From the NCBI GenBank assembly GCA_026026165.1, contig JAPEUD010000005.1, forward strand, positions 372,001-436,000: a DNA stretch of 64,000 nt, in the 5' to 3' direction. The position numbers were made by a program, and so were the translations under genes. Source of the DNA: Sarea resinae (Eukaryota). Positions 26,069-38,756 of this stretch are shown here, piece by piece. The notes under the pieces were generated by a model. It saw only the letters and a program-made list of their open reading frames with translations. It was not told the origin of the DNA and made no database searches. The first letter of the stretch is position 1, and every line of letters begins with the position of its first letter.

Positions 26069-27240
26069 ATGTCGAAAGCATCGAAGTCCCAATCTTTCGG
26101 GTCAGTTCTGGTAGTTGGGGGTTGTGGATTCCTGGGTCACCACATCGTCTCTCTCCTCGCCGACCAATACGACGCCCAAATCTCCGTCCTCGATCTTCGA
26201 ACTGTGCGCAATCGGCGGGATGGGGTCAGCTACTACGACGGAGATATCACCTCAGAGGCGCGCGCAAAGGAAGTTTTCGAACAGGTGAAGCCGGATGTCG
26301 TGATTCACACCGCCAGTCCGCCGTTGATGGAACATAAGAAGGATCTCATGTATACAGTGAACGTGGAGGGCACGAAGAATCTGGTGCAGGTTGCTGGCGC
26401 AATTGGAAGCGTAAAGGCATTTGTCTACACAAGCTCTGCCAGTGTCATTCATGATACTGTCAATGATCTCGTCAACGCGGATGAGAGGTGGCCTTATGTG
26501 GTGGGCAAGGATCAATTGGAATATTACTCAGAGACAAAGGTAATGCTCCTTCCGACCATGATCCAAGTCAACTGGCTTATCTGATTATCTGGTGACTCTC
26601 CTAGGCTGAAGCCGAGAAACTCGTCCTGGAAGCGAACCGTCAATACAATAAGATGCTCACAGCCTCGATCCGCCCTGCCGGCATAATCGGTGAAGGCGAT
26701 GTCCAAATTCTTCCCAACATACTCAAAGCCTATCGCAAGGGGCAGACGGGCTTCCAGCTCGGCGACAACGACAATCTCTTCGACTTCACCTACGTCGGAA
26801 ACGTAGCGCACGCTCACGTTCTTGCTGCCATCGCCCTCCTCAACACCTACGCGCGCTCGACTGCCCCTCTCGACCACGAGCGCGTCGACGGCGAGGCCTT
26901 CTTCGTCACCAATGATTCCCCGGTCTACTTTTGGGACTTCCCGCGTATGGTATGGAAGGCGGCGGGCGACAAAACCGGCACGAATGTGTGGACCATACCA
27001 AAGGACACGGGGCTCAAAATTGCGACGATCCTGGAATGGCTGTTTTGGTTCGTGGGGAAGACGCCGAATCTGACCAGGAAACAGGTTCGGTACAGCTGCA
27101 TGACGCGGTATTACAATATCGACAAGGCGAAGAGGAGGCTCGGGTACAAGCCGTTGGTCAGTCTCGAGGAGGGCGTTCAGAAGTCAGTAAAGTGGTTCTT
27201 GGAGCAGGAGCAGCAGGTGAACGAGAAGAAGGATCAATGA
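26069..27240 (+). CDS. erg26: C-3 sterol dehydrogenase / sterol-4-alpha-carboxylate 3-dehydrogenase
   Basis: Exons 26069-26539 and 26605-27240. GGCGFLG Rossmann motif, IHTASP, YTSSASV, YSETK (YxxxK), NLFDFTYVGNVAHAH, GEAFFVTND. Confidence 0.93.
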
Positions 27241-29238
27241 TGGACGGGTGCTGTGGAGAACGAGCAGGGCTAGTCTCGCAGTCACCGAGCCATGTTGGGC
27301 GAATGCCGCTCCTCTCAATGATGGTGATGGTTTCTCAATTCCCGGAGGGGTCGGGCTGTTCCCATATCATTTCCATGTCTGTACAGCGTCTTCGCCATCT
27401 ATGTAGCAGAGCTTCTCAGCTACATAAGAAAAGATTCCCTTCTGGTATTATCTCTCTGATAGAATCCCCAATTATTCGATCATCCGATTCCCATTGCTCT
27501 TCAACCATCACGGATGGCCAATATCCTACATACCTGATGTACCGTACGTGTCCAAAAAGCAAGCCCCAACCAAACAACTTCAGTAATCGAAGTATGACGG
27601 ACCACCCGAGACGAGCATCGCCCCACGGTGGGTCGCTCCACGTGCACGGTATCATTGTACTTTGATTCTTACATGCCGGATACACCTTGTGGAACCTGTA
27701 CCTCGTCGTGCGCAGTAGAGCGTCATCATTCCTCGAGCAAGTACCTTCAGATGAAGTGCCCGTGGTTGATGGAAGCCCGAGACGTTCGCGGGGTCTCGAT
27801 GCATTCGGCATGTACGATGGAAGTTACGAAGCTACAACGTGCGGACGGAATGTGGGTGCCGATATGTACTGCGTATGGATGTACGGAGTCGAGCAATGGA
27901 GGAGGAGGAGGAGAGGCAAGAAACGGTGAAGACAGGGCTGGTGGGTGGAGAGGAGAAAGACTGCGCAGAACTCCGGAGTAGTGAGGTGGGTGTGAGGAGT
28001 GAGGTGACCCCGACTGCAGTATGACACGACTTGGAGAGCCCACTCGACGCGTACGGAGTAGAGTACATGCTATTACTACTATGTAGGCACGAGCACTGGA
28101 AGACGAGGACGAAAAAACAACCAAAGGATGGATGCAGATCCGTGATCCGCACTCTCATGCCTCCAATCCCTCCCAGCGCGAAAAGACTCGCAAGTCACAC
28201 GCAGAGAACTCGCCCTCGCCCTCGTCCTCTCACTCTCGGTTCGGGGCCCGCGTGGGAGATCCATGGATGGGAGATGGGAGGTGGGAGGTGGGAGGTTGTC
28301 TTAGCTTGACGGGCTTTATTGGTTATCGGCCAATTCATGGCGTGTACTACTGCGCGGGACTGGTCCGTAAAGCGTCCATCGATTGTCATGACCTTACTAC
28401 GCTGTACTCTACTTTCCACTCCGGAGTAGATACCGTCCACCTGCATGCTGTAAGGTTCGTACTCGAGTACCTTAGGTACTCTAGACTCACTGTAGAATAC
28501 TACCTGCTCCTGCCTAGACATGTATCGAGACTACTAACTCCCCTCTAACTTCCCTAGCTTACGCCGATTCATTCCCTCCGTTCGTCTCGGACTTCAAAGA
28601 AGGTCGAGTTACCCGCAGATGAGGTTCCGGTACCTCAGATCCCACAGTCACGCCCGTCGATGACGAGGTATCGCTACCTTTTACCCCTCCGCACCCATTA
28701 TTGGATTTGTACCTCGCCCGGTACGAGTAGGTACCTTAGGTATGTGGTATGTAGACTCGTAGTAGGAGAACACGCGCTCTCCCCCAAAGATCGACGACCA
28801 CTGGCAACTTTCCTTCACTGCAGCCCAGGCCATGGCATCGACGTCTTGATCTTGAATCACTCTGATACTTCATGTCCCGAGTCTGGGGGGGACAGGGTGC
28901 TTCCTGTTTGATTATCTGACATTCACTTTCCACTTCCCCGACCTTGGTGTCCTCTTGAATCCAATCCAGAAGAATTCCCGACCTCAATTGCACGACCGAC
29001 ACCGATAAGCGTAAGCAGGCATCGCCTCCACCCTTCGAGCCCGCCCGCCATCTCAAACATCGAGTGGAGTCCGAAACCTGGATCACGATGAATGCGCGGC
29101 AGGCCTCTCTCTAGCATCCCTCGTCTGGGGATTCTGGCGTCCTGGAAGTCGGCAGCCCATCCTGGAGAGACGACAATTGTGTGAAGATCGATCTTCCCTC
29201 GGCTAGGTGATCGAGGGCACGCCCTCGAGCCAGCAACG

Positions 29239-32200
29239 ATGGCCGACGTTCACCGCAACGGCTTCTTGGCGCCGCCAAAAGTGGCCGCCCTGAAGCAGGA
29301 AGCGGCGGGAGCAGAGCAGAGAGGCCACATGGAACGAAGCCTCAGCTCGGACATTCGAGAGGAGCGAGAGGACCTTCAGGAAGCTGCTGAGCAGGCTTTG
29401 AACGTCATTCTCGACCTGGGACTTGATGGAAGAGTGCGCTGGGTCAGCCCGACCTGGGAAGACGTGATCGGCACCGATCCAGCTTCGGTGCAAGGCAAGC
29501 CCATTGCAGATATTCTACTGGACGACAAAACAGCCTTCGACGAGGCGGTAGCTTCCATGAAGAAGGATGATTCGACGAGCCAGATTGTTAGATTCTCCGT
29601 CCTCGTGGGCCCTTCATCATTGCTCAGACCAGACCCAACGGAAGCTGCTGTACAGGCCGAAGACGAAGGATTCAGACCGGAGGAAGTGACCGAGCAAGAG
29701 AATACAATTAGCCTTGAAGGACAGGGCATCATGATCTACGACCGAGCTTCGGGTGAAATGAGCCATGTAAGTTCAAGACAGAAAGAAAACTACTCTCACT
29801 CTTTGAACTTCTCTGACTGTGAAAAGACCATGTGGATGATCCGACCGTCTGTTGAACCTCGAGAGGTCACCATTGATCTGCCAGAACTCCTCCTCAATTC
29901 ACTGGGTATTGGCGCAGAAATGTTAGCCCGCTACTTGACAGCCCTTGCCGAAGTGGGAGCAAATGACCCTGGCAATCATCCACCACCTCTTCCGGTGCTG
30001 TGCCGTATCTGTGAACGGCAAATCACTCCCTGGTGGTTTGAGAAGCATTCGGAGCTCTGTCTGCAGGAACATAGGGCAGAAATGGATGTACAATTAGCAC
30101 AAGAAGGCCTTAGTGATCATCGCAACGCTATCGTCAAGGTCTTGGATGCACTGGAAGCACGGAGCGATCGACCAGTATCCGGAGAGTTGTCTAGCGCGCC
30201 GATCGTACAGGCAGAGTACAAAGGTCTGGCAATTGGCCCTTCTTCAACACCCCCGTCTGGCACATCATCCGGCACGGTGTCACCAGCAAACGTGCCGGCA
30301 CGCTCCCGAGAAAGTTCCGCCACAGGATTAGGGCATAACAGAGCTCGGTCTTTCGCTGTTCGTCGGCCTCTGACTCGAATCGTCGAGCTTCTACTTGACT
30401 TGTGCGATACTGCAATAGAGATCAGTACGCCAGCAATCAAGGACAGCCGCAACCCTGCCGATATCCGAACCCAGTCTCCCCAATCCGACAATCGTATCTC
30501 TCAAGTCGTCCAATGGCAGTCTCCTAGCACCAATACGCTCGAGCAAGAACAGGGTCTCGCTACGCTATGCGCAGACACCGAGCGAGCTGCCAGAGCCAAG
30601 GTCGATGCCGTGCTTCGTCACCGAAAGATTCTCGAGTACTCTGAACGGATCCGGATCGAGTTCACGGCGATGGTGCAGGATTCCATTGACGCGGCTATGA
30701 GAAAGGCTGCTCGCATCGCTGCAGGTCAGCTGAGTGAGTCTTCCGATTCAAGCTCGGAGACCGATACAACCGCGCAAGGGGAGGAGGAGGAGGAGGAAGA
30801 GACAGACGAAGAAGAAGAAAAAGAGCAGGGCAATAGCTTTGCTCATGAAGATGCGCCATTCTTTCCTGGATCCTTTGATGGCCCGTCGAAGCTCACAAAG
30901 GCTATACGCAACGCGTCGAACCATTCTCTTGCGTCCAGCCCGAGCAGAAGACAGTCTTCCGCGGCAGGCTCCACCAGATCGAGTAGTCCAAAGGAGGCCC
31001 CAACGCCAAGATCTCACAAAGGGGCCATGAGTATCCTTGGTCAAGGCCGTCCGTCCAAGCGAGCATCCATGTTTGGCGAGAGCGATGCTGGCGATAGCGA
31101 TAGTAGTATGCGCTCTTCGATCTTTCCTGGCGCTTGGCGGACGGAATCTCCTAGTTCAGACGTGGCAGTAAGCCGCAGCGCGAGTTCACGCGGACGGAAT
31201 CGTGGAAGCCTCATCTTGCCGAGCGCAGCTTCGCAGTCACCTCATCGGCAAGAGTCTCCCGCCAGAACCATTCCACCATCATCACCGCTGCGGATCTCCA
31301 AGCCCCGTATTCCTAATCCCCAGGATGTTCCATCGCCGGTCATGTCGCCTTTGCTTTCCACCAGCGAGACTTCATCACCTGCGCTAGCCGTGCATCAACA
31401 TCATCACCACCATCACCGCAGACAGTCTTCTGCGGCTTCCTCCGAGGCCATGAAACCTCCAGTCTCGCCTCGGCTCACGTCCACTCAGCCACAGGCTCGC
31501 GCAGTTCCTCCTTCAATCAAGGACTTCGAGATCATCAAGCCTATCAGCAAAGGCGCTTTTGGGAGTGTCTATCTTTCCAAAAAGAAGTCAACGGGTGACT
31601 ATTTTGCAATCAAAGTGTTGAAGAAGGCAGACATGGTGGCCAAAAATCAGGTAACGAACGTCAAGGCCGAGAGAGCGATCATGATGTGGCAAGGCGAGAG
31701 TGACTTTGTCGCCAAGCTTTACTGGACCTTTTCCAGCAAGGATTACCTTTACCTGGTCATGGAATACTTGAATGGAGGCGACTGTGCTTCGCTGATCAAG
31801 GTACTCGGCGGTTTATCGGAAGACTGGGCTAAGAAATATTTGGCCGAAGTGGTTCTCGGCGTTGAACATTTGCATGAGCGCGGTATAGTACACCGCGATC
31901 TGAAACCCGACAATCTCCTCATCGACCAGAAGGGGCATTTGAAGTTGACCGATTTTGGTCTATCACGGATGGGTCTGATCGGACGTCAGAAGCGGCTACT
32001 GGAAAGTAAGGTCAATGAATCCGCTCCAGATCTGCTCAAGCAAGGTCCATTCGCTCGGGCTATGTCAACTTCATCTTCGAGGTCCACGTCATTCGACCTA
32101 CAAGGAAACCATTCTCCCGGATCTACGCCTCATCTTACGCCAGATCTGGCCGGACAGCTAGTGCAGCCCTCATATTTCAGCCTGAATCGAGACGGTATCA

Positions 32201-35097
32201 TGGGTCGCGAACATGCTCGACGAGCCTCTGGTCAACGCAGCGATAGTGGGGGGAGCGAGTCTCTGCACGCGATGTTTCGAAACTTTTCGCTCAGCGAGCC
32301 GTCCGATCCTCAAGGGCCTCGTGGAAGGTCGCCCATAGAAGAAGAGTCTCGCAGCGAAGGCAGCGGTTCCCCAGATATTTACGCTCTGCAGCCAGTCGCC
32401 AGTCATTCAAGCGTCGGACAGCATTCAACCCCGCCACAGTCGAGTCTGATGCCACCCCCCATGGCCCTGTTTGATCCCGAGGATAGTAATCGTCGATTTG
32501 TTGGGACTCCGGATTATTTAGCACCAGAGACCATTAATGGTATCGGTCAGGATGAGATGAGTGATTGGTGGTCACTTGGATGCATCTTGTTCGAATTCAT
32601 ATTTGGCTATCCACCTTTCCATGCCGACACTCCGGAAAAGGTTTTTGAGAATATCCTGGCGAGACGGATAGATTGGCCAAGTGAGGAAGACTGTCCGGTT
32701 TCCGAGGAGGCGAAAGACTTGATGGAGAGATTGATGTGCATCAACCCCAAGAATCGTCTGGGCTCCAACATCCAGGATAAATATGCATCAGGTGGAGAGG
32801 AGATCCGCATGCATCCGTGGTTCAAGGATCTCAACTGGGCAACTGTGCGCGAGGATCAGGCCGAGTTCATTCCAGCACCCGAAAACATTGAGGATACGGA
32901 ATACTTTGATTCTCGTGGAGCAAAATTGCAGAGCTTCGCCGAGGAATTCGAGGACCAGTCTTCGCCTCCCGTCACCCCTGGGGCTGACTATCCAGAGAGA
33001 CCGCATGATGCGCTTTCGCGTGTACGCACACAGGTCAACACTATGAAGCGGGGCATGATGCCTCTCCATATTCCTCCTCACGTCCGTGACGGTAGGACGA
33101 GACGGCTCAGTGAACCTGTCGCCGCCGACGACTTTGGATCCTTCGCCTTCAAGAACTTACCAGTCCTCGAAAAGGCTAACAAGGATGTTATTCAGAAGCT
33201 ACGTGCTGAGGCTATGCAAGCTCAATCCAAGCCTGCCCCGACTTCGCATTCGGCAACCGCGGGCTCACCCGTTCCGTCTTTGGAAGGTAGCCCGATCCTC
33301 CCGATACCCCTCAAGCGGACCCAGTCCTCGAATAAGGGGTCGAATCGGCCAGAGTCGCCATCAAGTCTGAGTCAAGCGCACTCGTCGTCGCCAAGCCGAG
33401 CGTCTCAACCATCTTCGCCTCTTCTGGTGTCTTTCTCCGCCGGGCAAAATCAGGAGCGAAGGAAGACCTCGAGCACATCATCCAGCATATCACACCAATC
33501 AGGCACTTCACTACAGCCAGGCAGTTTCTTTGATATGCCTCGACTGTCGAACGGCCTCAAGACATCGTCTACGGCGTCTTCCCCAGTCAAAACCGTCAAA
33601 TCGCCAATGCCTCTTAGTCCAGAGCGAACCTTGGTAACCCCTCGTCATGCCAGCCCAGTTACTACTCGGGACAGATCTAGGACTGTTGGTTCTCAGGAGG
33701 GTGAGATAGCTCCTCCAAAGGATTATACTCATCACAAGCGAAGGAGTCAGGTCATGGACATATCACCATCATCGTCAGACAACGAAGATCCAAGGGCAAA
33801 AGCCTTGTTGCGTGTGCAGAGGCGTAGGCAGAGCTCGCGAAAGATGTCTCAAATATCTCTAGCCGATGGTCCTATATTCAGACCGCTTGATATCTTGGTC
33901 TGTGAAGATCATCCCGTGTCGCGAATGGTGATGGAAAAGCTTCTTGAGAAGCTCCGTTGCCGGACCATTGCCGTCGAGAACGGCTCAGAGGCGATGAGGT
34001 TCGCCATGAGTGACGTCAAATTTGACCTTATCATGATGGAATTTAAATTGCCTAAGATGAACGGTACCGACGTTGCGCGAATGATTCGAGACACGAAGAA
34101 CGCCAATTCGCAGACTCCAATTGTCGCCGTCACTGGCTATCTGAAGGAACTTCAAGCACCGCATCATTTCGATGCATTAATTGAAAAGCCACCCACACTC
34201 ACCAAGTTTACCGAAGTGCTGTCTCGGCTCTGCCAGTGGAAGACACCTCCGCCGAACTATATCCCGCCACAGATACAAACCGTCCCGCGTTCCGGTCTAC
34301 GGCAAGAGTCGTCGGTACGGGAAGAGGATAGTCCGAGCTCGGTATCATCTGGTGCGATAGTTCCCGACAGCAGCTTCCGCGGTTCAAGCCGTGAGGATTC
34401 CATTAGCTCAAGCTTCTTTGGCGACTTTGAAAATGCAAATGATGATATTCCCGTCATCATCAGCCGCCACGTGACAGACGACTGGACCGGTGGTGGGCTG
34501 TGCATCTCCGAGGAAGCTGTCCTGGACCCGAAGCCAAAGCCACCTCCGAGCCTGCCTCTACAGAAGTCTGCCCCTGCTGCCCCTGCTGCCCCTGCTGCCT
34601 CGGAGGATTCGAAGCCGCCCCGGAAGCAGCGTTCTGCCGATGCCATCAAGGCCAAGCGAGGGTCCATGGAAAAGCGACAGCACGAGTGCGCCGAGTCCGG
34701 CGACGACGAAGACGAGGAGTTGGGGGATGTTCAAGTGCGTGCGGCTCGCAGTCCACAGGCAAAGACACATCGAGCGGGCTCAAAGCTCGGTATCGAGATG
34801 ATGCGGACCAATAGTCGCGGAAGCGTCATCTCCATGGAAGACATGGCTGCCAGGGGCTCGACTAGTTCCCCGCCTCCTGCGATCAAAGAAGACGTGGGCG
34901 GTGAGAAGATTGCGAGGCAGCAGTCGCGGCAGTCACACCATTCGCTGACTCCGCCTGAAGTCCTTTCGAGGGCGCCCGCGGGGAAGACATGGGATGTCGA
35001 CTTGGACACGACACCGAAGCCGCCGTCCAGGGAATCGCTCGAGCGCGATGACGAACCGACGCCGAGGGCGCCCTCTTCGCATTCGCTCCGTCCGTGA
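29239..35097 (+). CDS. rim15: Rim15/Cek1 (Greatwall-family) Ser/Thr kinase with PAS, zinc finger and receiver domains
   Basis: 1952-codon ORF including a probable 60-nt in-frame intron 29767-29826 (GTAAGT..CTGAC..AAG). N-terminal PAS, CRICERQ..HSELC finger, kinase (ISKGAFGSVY, HRDLKPDN, DFGLS, long insert, FVGTPDYLAPE), receiver domain with Glu at the usual phospho-Asp position (DLIMMEFKLP). Confidence 0.95.
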   Translation: MADVHRNGFLAPPKVAALKQEAAGAEQRGHMERSLSSDIREEREDLQEAAEQALNVILDLGLDGRVRWVSPTWEDVIGTDPASVQGKPIADILLDDKTAFDEAVASMKKDDSTSQIVRFSVLVGPSSLLRPDPTEAAVQAEDEGFRPEEVTEQENTISLEGQGIMIYDRASGEMSHVSSRQKENYSHSLNFSDCEKTMWMIRPSVEPREVTIDLPELLLNSLGIGAEMLARYLTALAEVGANDPGNHPPPLPVLCRICERQITPWWFEKHSELCLQEHRAEMDVQLAQEGLSDHRNAIVKVLDALEARSDRPVSGELSSAPIVQAEYKGLAIGPSSTPPSGTSSGTVSPANVPARSRESSATGLGHNRARSFAVRRPLTRIVELLLDLCDTAIEISTPAIKDSRNPADIRTQSPQSDNRISQVVQWQSPSTNTLEQEQGLATLCADTERAARAKVDAVLRHRKILEYSERIRIEFTAMVQDSIDAAMRKAARIAAGQLSESSDSSSETDTTAQGEEEEEEETDEEEEKEQGNSFAHEDAPFFPGSFDGPSKLTKAIRNASNHSLASSPSRRQSSAAGSTRSSSPKEAPTPRSHKGAMSILGQGRPSKRASMFGESDAGDSDSSMRSSIFPGAWRTESPSSDVAVSRSASSRGRNRGSLILPSAASQSPHRQESPARTIPPSSPLRISKPRIPNPQDVPSPVMSPLLSTSETSSPALAVHQHHHHHHRRQSSAASSEAMKPPVSPRLTSTQPQARAVPPSIKDFEIIKPISKGAFGSVYLSKKKSTGDYFAIKVLKKADMVAKNQVTNVKAERAIMMWQGESDFVAKLYWTFSSKDYLYLVMEYLNGGDCASLIKVLGGLSEDWAKKYLAEVVLGVEHLHERGIVHRDLKPDNLLIDQKGHLKLTDFGLSRMGLIGRQKRLLESKVNESAPDLLKQGPFARAMSTSSSRSTSFDLQGNHSPGSTPHLTPDLAGQLVQPSYFSLNRDGIMGREHARRASGQRSDSGGSESLHAMFRNFSLSEPSDPQGPRGRSPIEEESRSEGSGSPDIYALQPVASHSSVGQHSTPPQSSLMPPPMALFDPEDSNRRFVGTPDYLAPETINGIGQDEMSDWWSLGCILFEFIFGYPPFHADTPEKVFENILARRIDWPSEEDCPVSEEAKDLMERLMCINPKNRLGSNIQDKYASGGEEIRMHPWFKDLNWATVREDQAEFIPAPENIEDTEYFDSRGAKLQSFAEEFEDQSSPPVTPGADYPERPHDALSRVRTQVNTMKRGMMPLHIPPHVRDGRTRRLSEPVAADDFGSFAFKNLPVLEKANKDVIQKLRAEAMQAQSKPAPTSHSATAGSPVPSLEGSPILPIPLKRTQSSNKGSNRPESPSSLSQAHSSSPSRASQPSSPLLVSFSAGQNQERRKTSSTSSSISHQSGTSLQPGSFFDMPRLSNGLKTSSTASSPVKTVKSPMPLSPERTLVTPRHASPVTTRDRSRTVGSQEGEIAPPKDYTHHKRRSQVMDISPSSSDNEDPRAKALLRVQRRRQSSRKMSQISLADGPIFRPLDILVCEDHPVSRMVMEKLLEKLRCRTIAVENGSEAMRFAMSDVKFDLIMMEFKLPKMNGTDVARMIRDTKNANSQTPIVAVTGYLKELQAPHHFDALIEKPPTLTKFTEVLSRLCQWKTPPPNYIPPQIQTVPRSGLRQESSVREEDSPSSVSSGAIVPDSSFRGSSREDSISSSFFGDFENANDDIPVIISRHVTDDWTGGGLCISEEAVLDPKPKPPPSLPLQKSAPAAPAAPAASEDSKPPRKQRSADAIKAKRGSMEKRQHECAESGDDEDEELGDVQVRAARSPQAKTHRAGSKLGIEMMRTNSRGSVISMEDMAARGSTSSPPPAIKEDVGGEKIARQQSRQSHHSLTPPEVLSRAPAGKTWDVDLDTTPKPPSRESLERDDEPTPRAPSSHSLRP

Positions 35098-36231
35098 AAT
35101 ACCTTTTCTTCGGTGGTTGGCACCGCAGATTGTCATTTGGCCAACTACATATCAACCTCTTGAACGAACAACTTTATGATATGTCCATGTCTTCTCTTTC
35201 TGTCTTCTTCTTTTCCCCTCTTCTCGTTCTCTTCTCTCATCCTTCTGTTTTCGGTTGTCTATACCTCCTCTCCTACTCTCCTATGTCCAGAACGGAACAG
35301 AAAAAAGGACCCCCAAACCCCGACAAGGAGAAAAGCAAAAAACGTACATGCTACCTATACCCCACCCTCTCTCTTTCTTCTTCTTCTCTCTCGCGGCGGG
35401 CGAGATTGCTCCGCCCTACCTTCCTCTCTCCCACCACGAAGCAGAGATGCTTGTACAAATTGGACCAACAATCTTCCGCGCGTGTCTATCTGCGCGCATG
35501 TCTCCGCACCACGCACCACCTACACGCCACCACACCTGCACCTGCCCGCTCCACAATGTATGATGATGACGATGTTGATGACGGCGGCCTGTCTGTCTGC
35601 GATCCTTTTTATTTTCTCTTTTTCCTCTCTTTCTCCTCTTTTCCGTCTATCCTCTTCTCCTCCTTTTTTTCTTGTCCTTACTCTTTTGTTTTTTCTCTCT
35701 TCTTTATTTCTTGTAACGTTTTGTTCCTCCCTCTTGTGTGAGATCCTTTTTCTTTCCCCCATTTTTTTTTCTGTCTGTTGGCTCGCAAACTTGGTAGCTA
35801 GAAAGAACAAAGTCGGAACAGAACAAATCAGAAGAGAACCAATCCGAAGAAAGAATCAAACCTGCATGTGAGAGAAACATCAACGATGGAACATGGGCAT
35901 CAACATGATTAGATATCCGAATCCGAATCCGGATCCGAACAATACTAGATCTACAGTAGTATCAGGTCTAGTAGTAAATCAAATAGAAACAAACACGTTC
36001 GTTCCATAGTACGCCTTCCCCCTCCCCCTTCCCCAACGAGAAAGACTATTTATACCATTTGGACTACTTATACGATAACATGGTTCGTTCAGCTCATGCC
36101 TATCTGTCCTGTCTACTAGAATCTAAACATGGATATACAAAATCTAGTAGCGCTCTTTTGTGATTGGAGGACTTTTGTAACAGGGGATATGGATAGGGAT
36201 AGAGAGACAACCCTTTTTTAGGGGTGGGGGA

Positions 36232-36258
36232 GGGGGGGGGGGGGGGGGGGGGGGGGGG
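36232..36258 (+). repeat. G27 homopolymer preceded by further G runs
   Basis: GGGGTGGGGGA followed by 27 G, between the convergent rim15 and eIF3d 3' ends. Confidence 0.9.
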
Positions 36259-36834
36259 TTATTTCTTTATTTTATTTTGTTTTACTTGATCTTAGTTTTG
36301 TTTTTTTTCTTGGATTGTCTGTTTAGCTTTTACTTGACTTTTACTTTTTACTTTTGCTGCTGCTGCTGTTGCTGCCTTTCTGCAAGGTCGAATAAGGAAG
36401 GAAGGAGAGGAGGGGAGGGGAGGCCAACCTGTTCGTTTGTTTTCCTCTACGTGCGCCATCTAAATAGGACGGACGGACTACTATAACCCGGCTTGGTCCG
36501 CGGACTAGGACTATTTTGCCGACTAGATGTTATATTATAGCAGCGCACCTCACCGAAGATGGAAGATGGAAGATGGAAGATGGAAGATGATATTTGATTC
36601 CATCTATCTAGGTTGGTACGAAAAGAGGAAGAGAGACAAGGGCAAAGAAAGAAGAGATAGAGAGATAGAGAGAGAGAAACGTCATCGTCACGGGAGAAAG
36701 AAGAAGAAGAAAAGATTCATGCATGCATGCAATGGATTCCTTGCGTCCATCCCATCCCATCTCATCTCATCTCATCCCACGGCCACACCCAGCCCATTCC
36801 AGCCAATGGGAGACCTATCCGTATACGCCTACTC

Positions 36835-38756
36835 TTATTCCTCGTCCTCATTCTCCTCTCCCTCGCCGGCAGCGTCCTCATCGTCGTCGTCATCGTCCTG
36901 GCCCTCGTTTTCCTCAAACGTGCTGAGCGGCACCTCGTACAGCCGCAGCACGGGCTTGTTCGGGTCCTTGACCAGCACGTACTTGCCCTCGGGCATCTTG
37001 AGACACATGTCGACGATGGTGCGCACGATGCCCCAGCCGTTGGACAGGTTCAGGTTCATCTGGACGGCGAAGTCGCGCGGCTTGTAGCCGACCACGCCGA
37101 GCACCGTGTGCCGTTCGGCCGATTTGGGGTTCGCGCGCGAGACGAAGCTATGTGGGTGGTGGGTCAGTATAGTATAGAAAAGAGGAGGCGGCGAGAGAGA
37201 GGGGGAAAGGGGGAACGAGTAAAATAGAGGTCTTGGAGACACGTACCCTAGTTTCATGACGTCGGCCTTGGCGAGGATGCTCTGGGTCGTCCAGCGCGCA
37301 AGCTTGCAGCTGTTGTTCTTCATCTCCGTGGCCACGACGGCACCCCGCTGCGAGGCCAGCTTGGTGCGCCAGTCCAGAGCGCCGCCACTGCCCTGCGCCT
37401 TGTGGTCGAACTCGTTGAGGGCCTTGATCGTGAGGAACTGGTCTTCGCCCGAGATGTTGTTCTTCACGACCGCGTCGAGCTCCGTCCGGACGATCAGATG
37501 CAAAGGCTCCTCGTCGCGCTCGAGCGACAGATCGAAGCGGCGGTACTTGTACGCCTTCGACGCAGGAGGGTCCGTCTCTTCCGAGGCGTTGTAAAAGGGG
37601 TTTTCGTGCGCCATTTCGACCTTCTGCGAGTCCGATTCAAGCACCGTCTGGTTGGGGAAGTTGTGGTTGATAAAGGTCGCTTCGAGCGCAAGGGCTGCCG
37701 GGTGGTTGATCGAGTCTTTGTTTCCCTCGGAAATCTCGAGAGGCGCGTCCGCGGCGTTTTCGTTGACGCTGACCATGTCCAGACTGGATCCGTCACGCTT
37801 GTCAATGTAAACCTTGTTGCCTTGGCGGAGAATGACGAGATCCCAGGAGTAGACCGATCGAGGGGCGCACATGAGCATGGACAGAATATTGTCCGTCGCG
37901 AAGATGGTGGCCTCGTCCTTTTCAGCCAGCTCTTGGATGATCGGGTCGCTGGAGGTGGTGACATTGTAAGCGGCACGGTCGAGCACGTTCAGCTTCTTTT
38001 CCGACGTCTTTGCGCCAGGCTGCTTGTCGTAGGTGCGGTCGTAGTAGTAGAGGAAACCGTAGCTGTCGATATCTTCGCCGTCGTTGGTCTCCAAGTTCAG
38101 CTTCGCCAGACGATTAAAGTCAATCTCCTCGAGCATCTGCCAGTCAGGCTTGACGTTTACAGAGGCATCCCGATTCCGTTGCGGCTTGTCGTAGTCCCTC
38201 CAGCCGAACCTCCGGCCACGACCGCCCCGTCCACCGCGGTTGTCATAGTATCGATCACCTCCTTGCTGGGGCCGGCCGCCACCGACGCGCTGGAAGGCTC
38301 CCCGTCCGCCCCGCTGAGCTTGACCGCCCCGCTGACCACGTCCACGGAAGATGGTGCCACCGCCACGTCCAAAGCCCCGCGTCTTCGCCGACGCGCGAGT
38401 ATTGTCGACGACAGAGAAAGAAGACTCATCTTCGGCGACTTGCACGGCGAAAAGGCTGGATGTGCCCGCACCGTAGACTTGCTGATCTGCAAAAATGTCA
38501 GTCCCACCTCGAACCCGATGGACCGATTCATCCACTTTTTCATACCTCTGTAATTCCGGTTGTACTGTTGACGGCCACCTCTTCCTTCGCGATCCTTGCC
38601 CTCCGTAGTCCAGTCAGCCATACGGCCTAGTTTGTCGCCCTTGGAGTAAGGCGCATATGGGACGCCATCGACAGTCGTCTCCTTGGCGGTCGCCGGACCC
38701 CAAGAGTCCTCGTTGGGCAAAGCCGAGACGATATCAGAGAGAGGAATAGGAGCCAT
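36835..38756 (-). CDS. EIF3D: Translation initiation factor 3 subunit D (Moe1-like)
   Basis: Exons 38756-38546, 38486-37247, 37147-36835. [60 protein letters not shown], acidic tail. Confidence 0.95.

Noticed and set aside
35094..35871. 215-aa and 231-aa ORFs after rim15
   Set aside because: They translate the pyrimidine-rich 3' flank into F/S/L low-complexity text; not gene-like.
37402..38553. 383-aa plus-strand ORF and similar long antisense ORFs (e.g. 2818-3504, 9232-9804)
   Set aside because: Shadows of GC3-rich real genes on the opposite strand, with no recognisable motifs.
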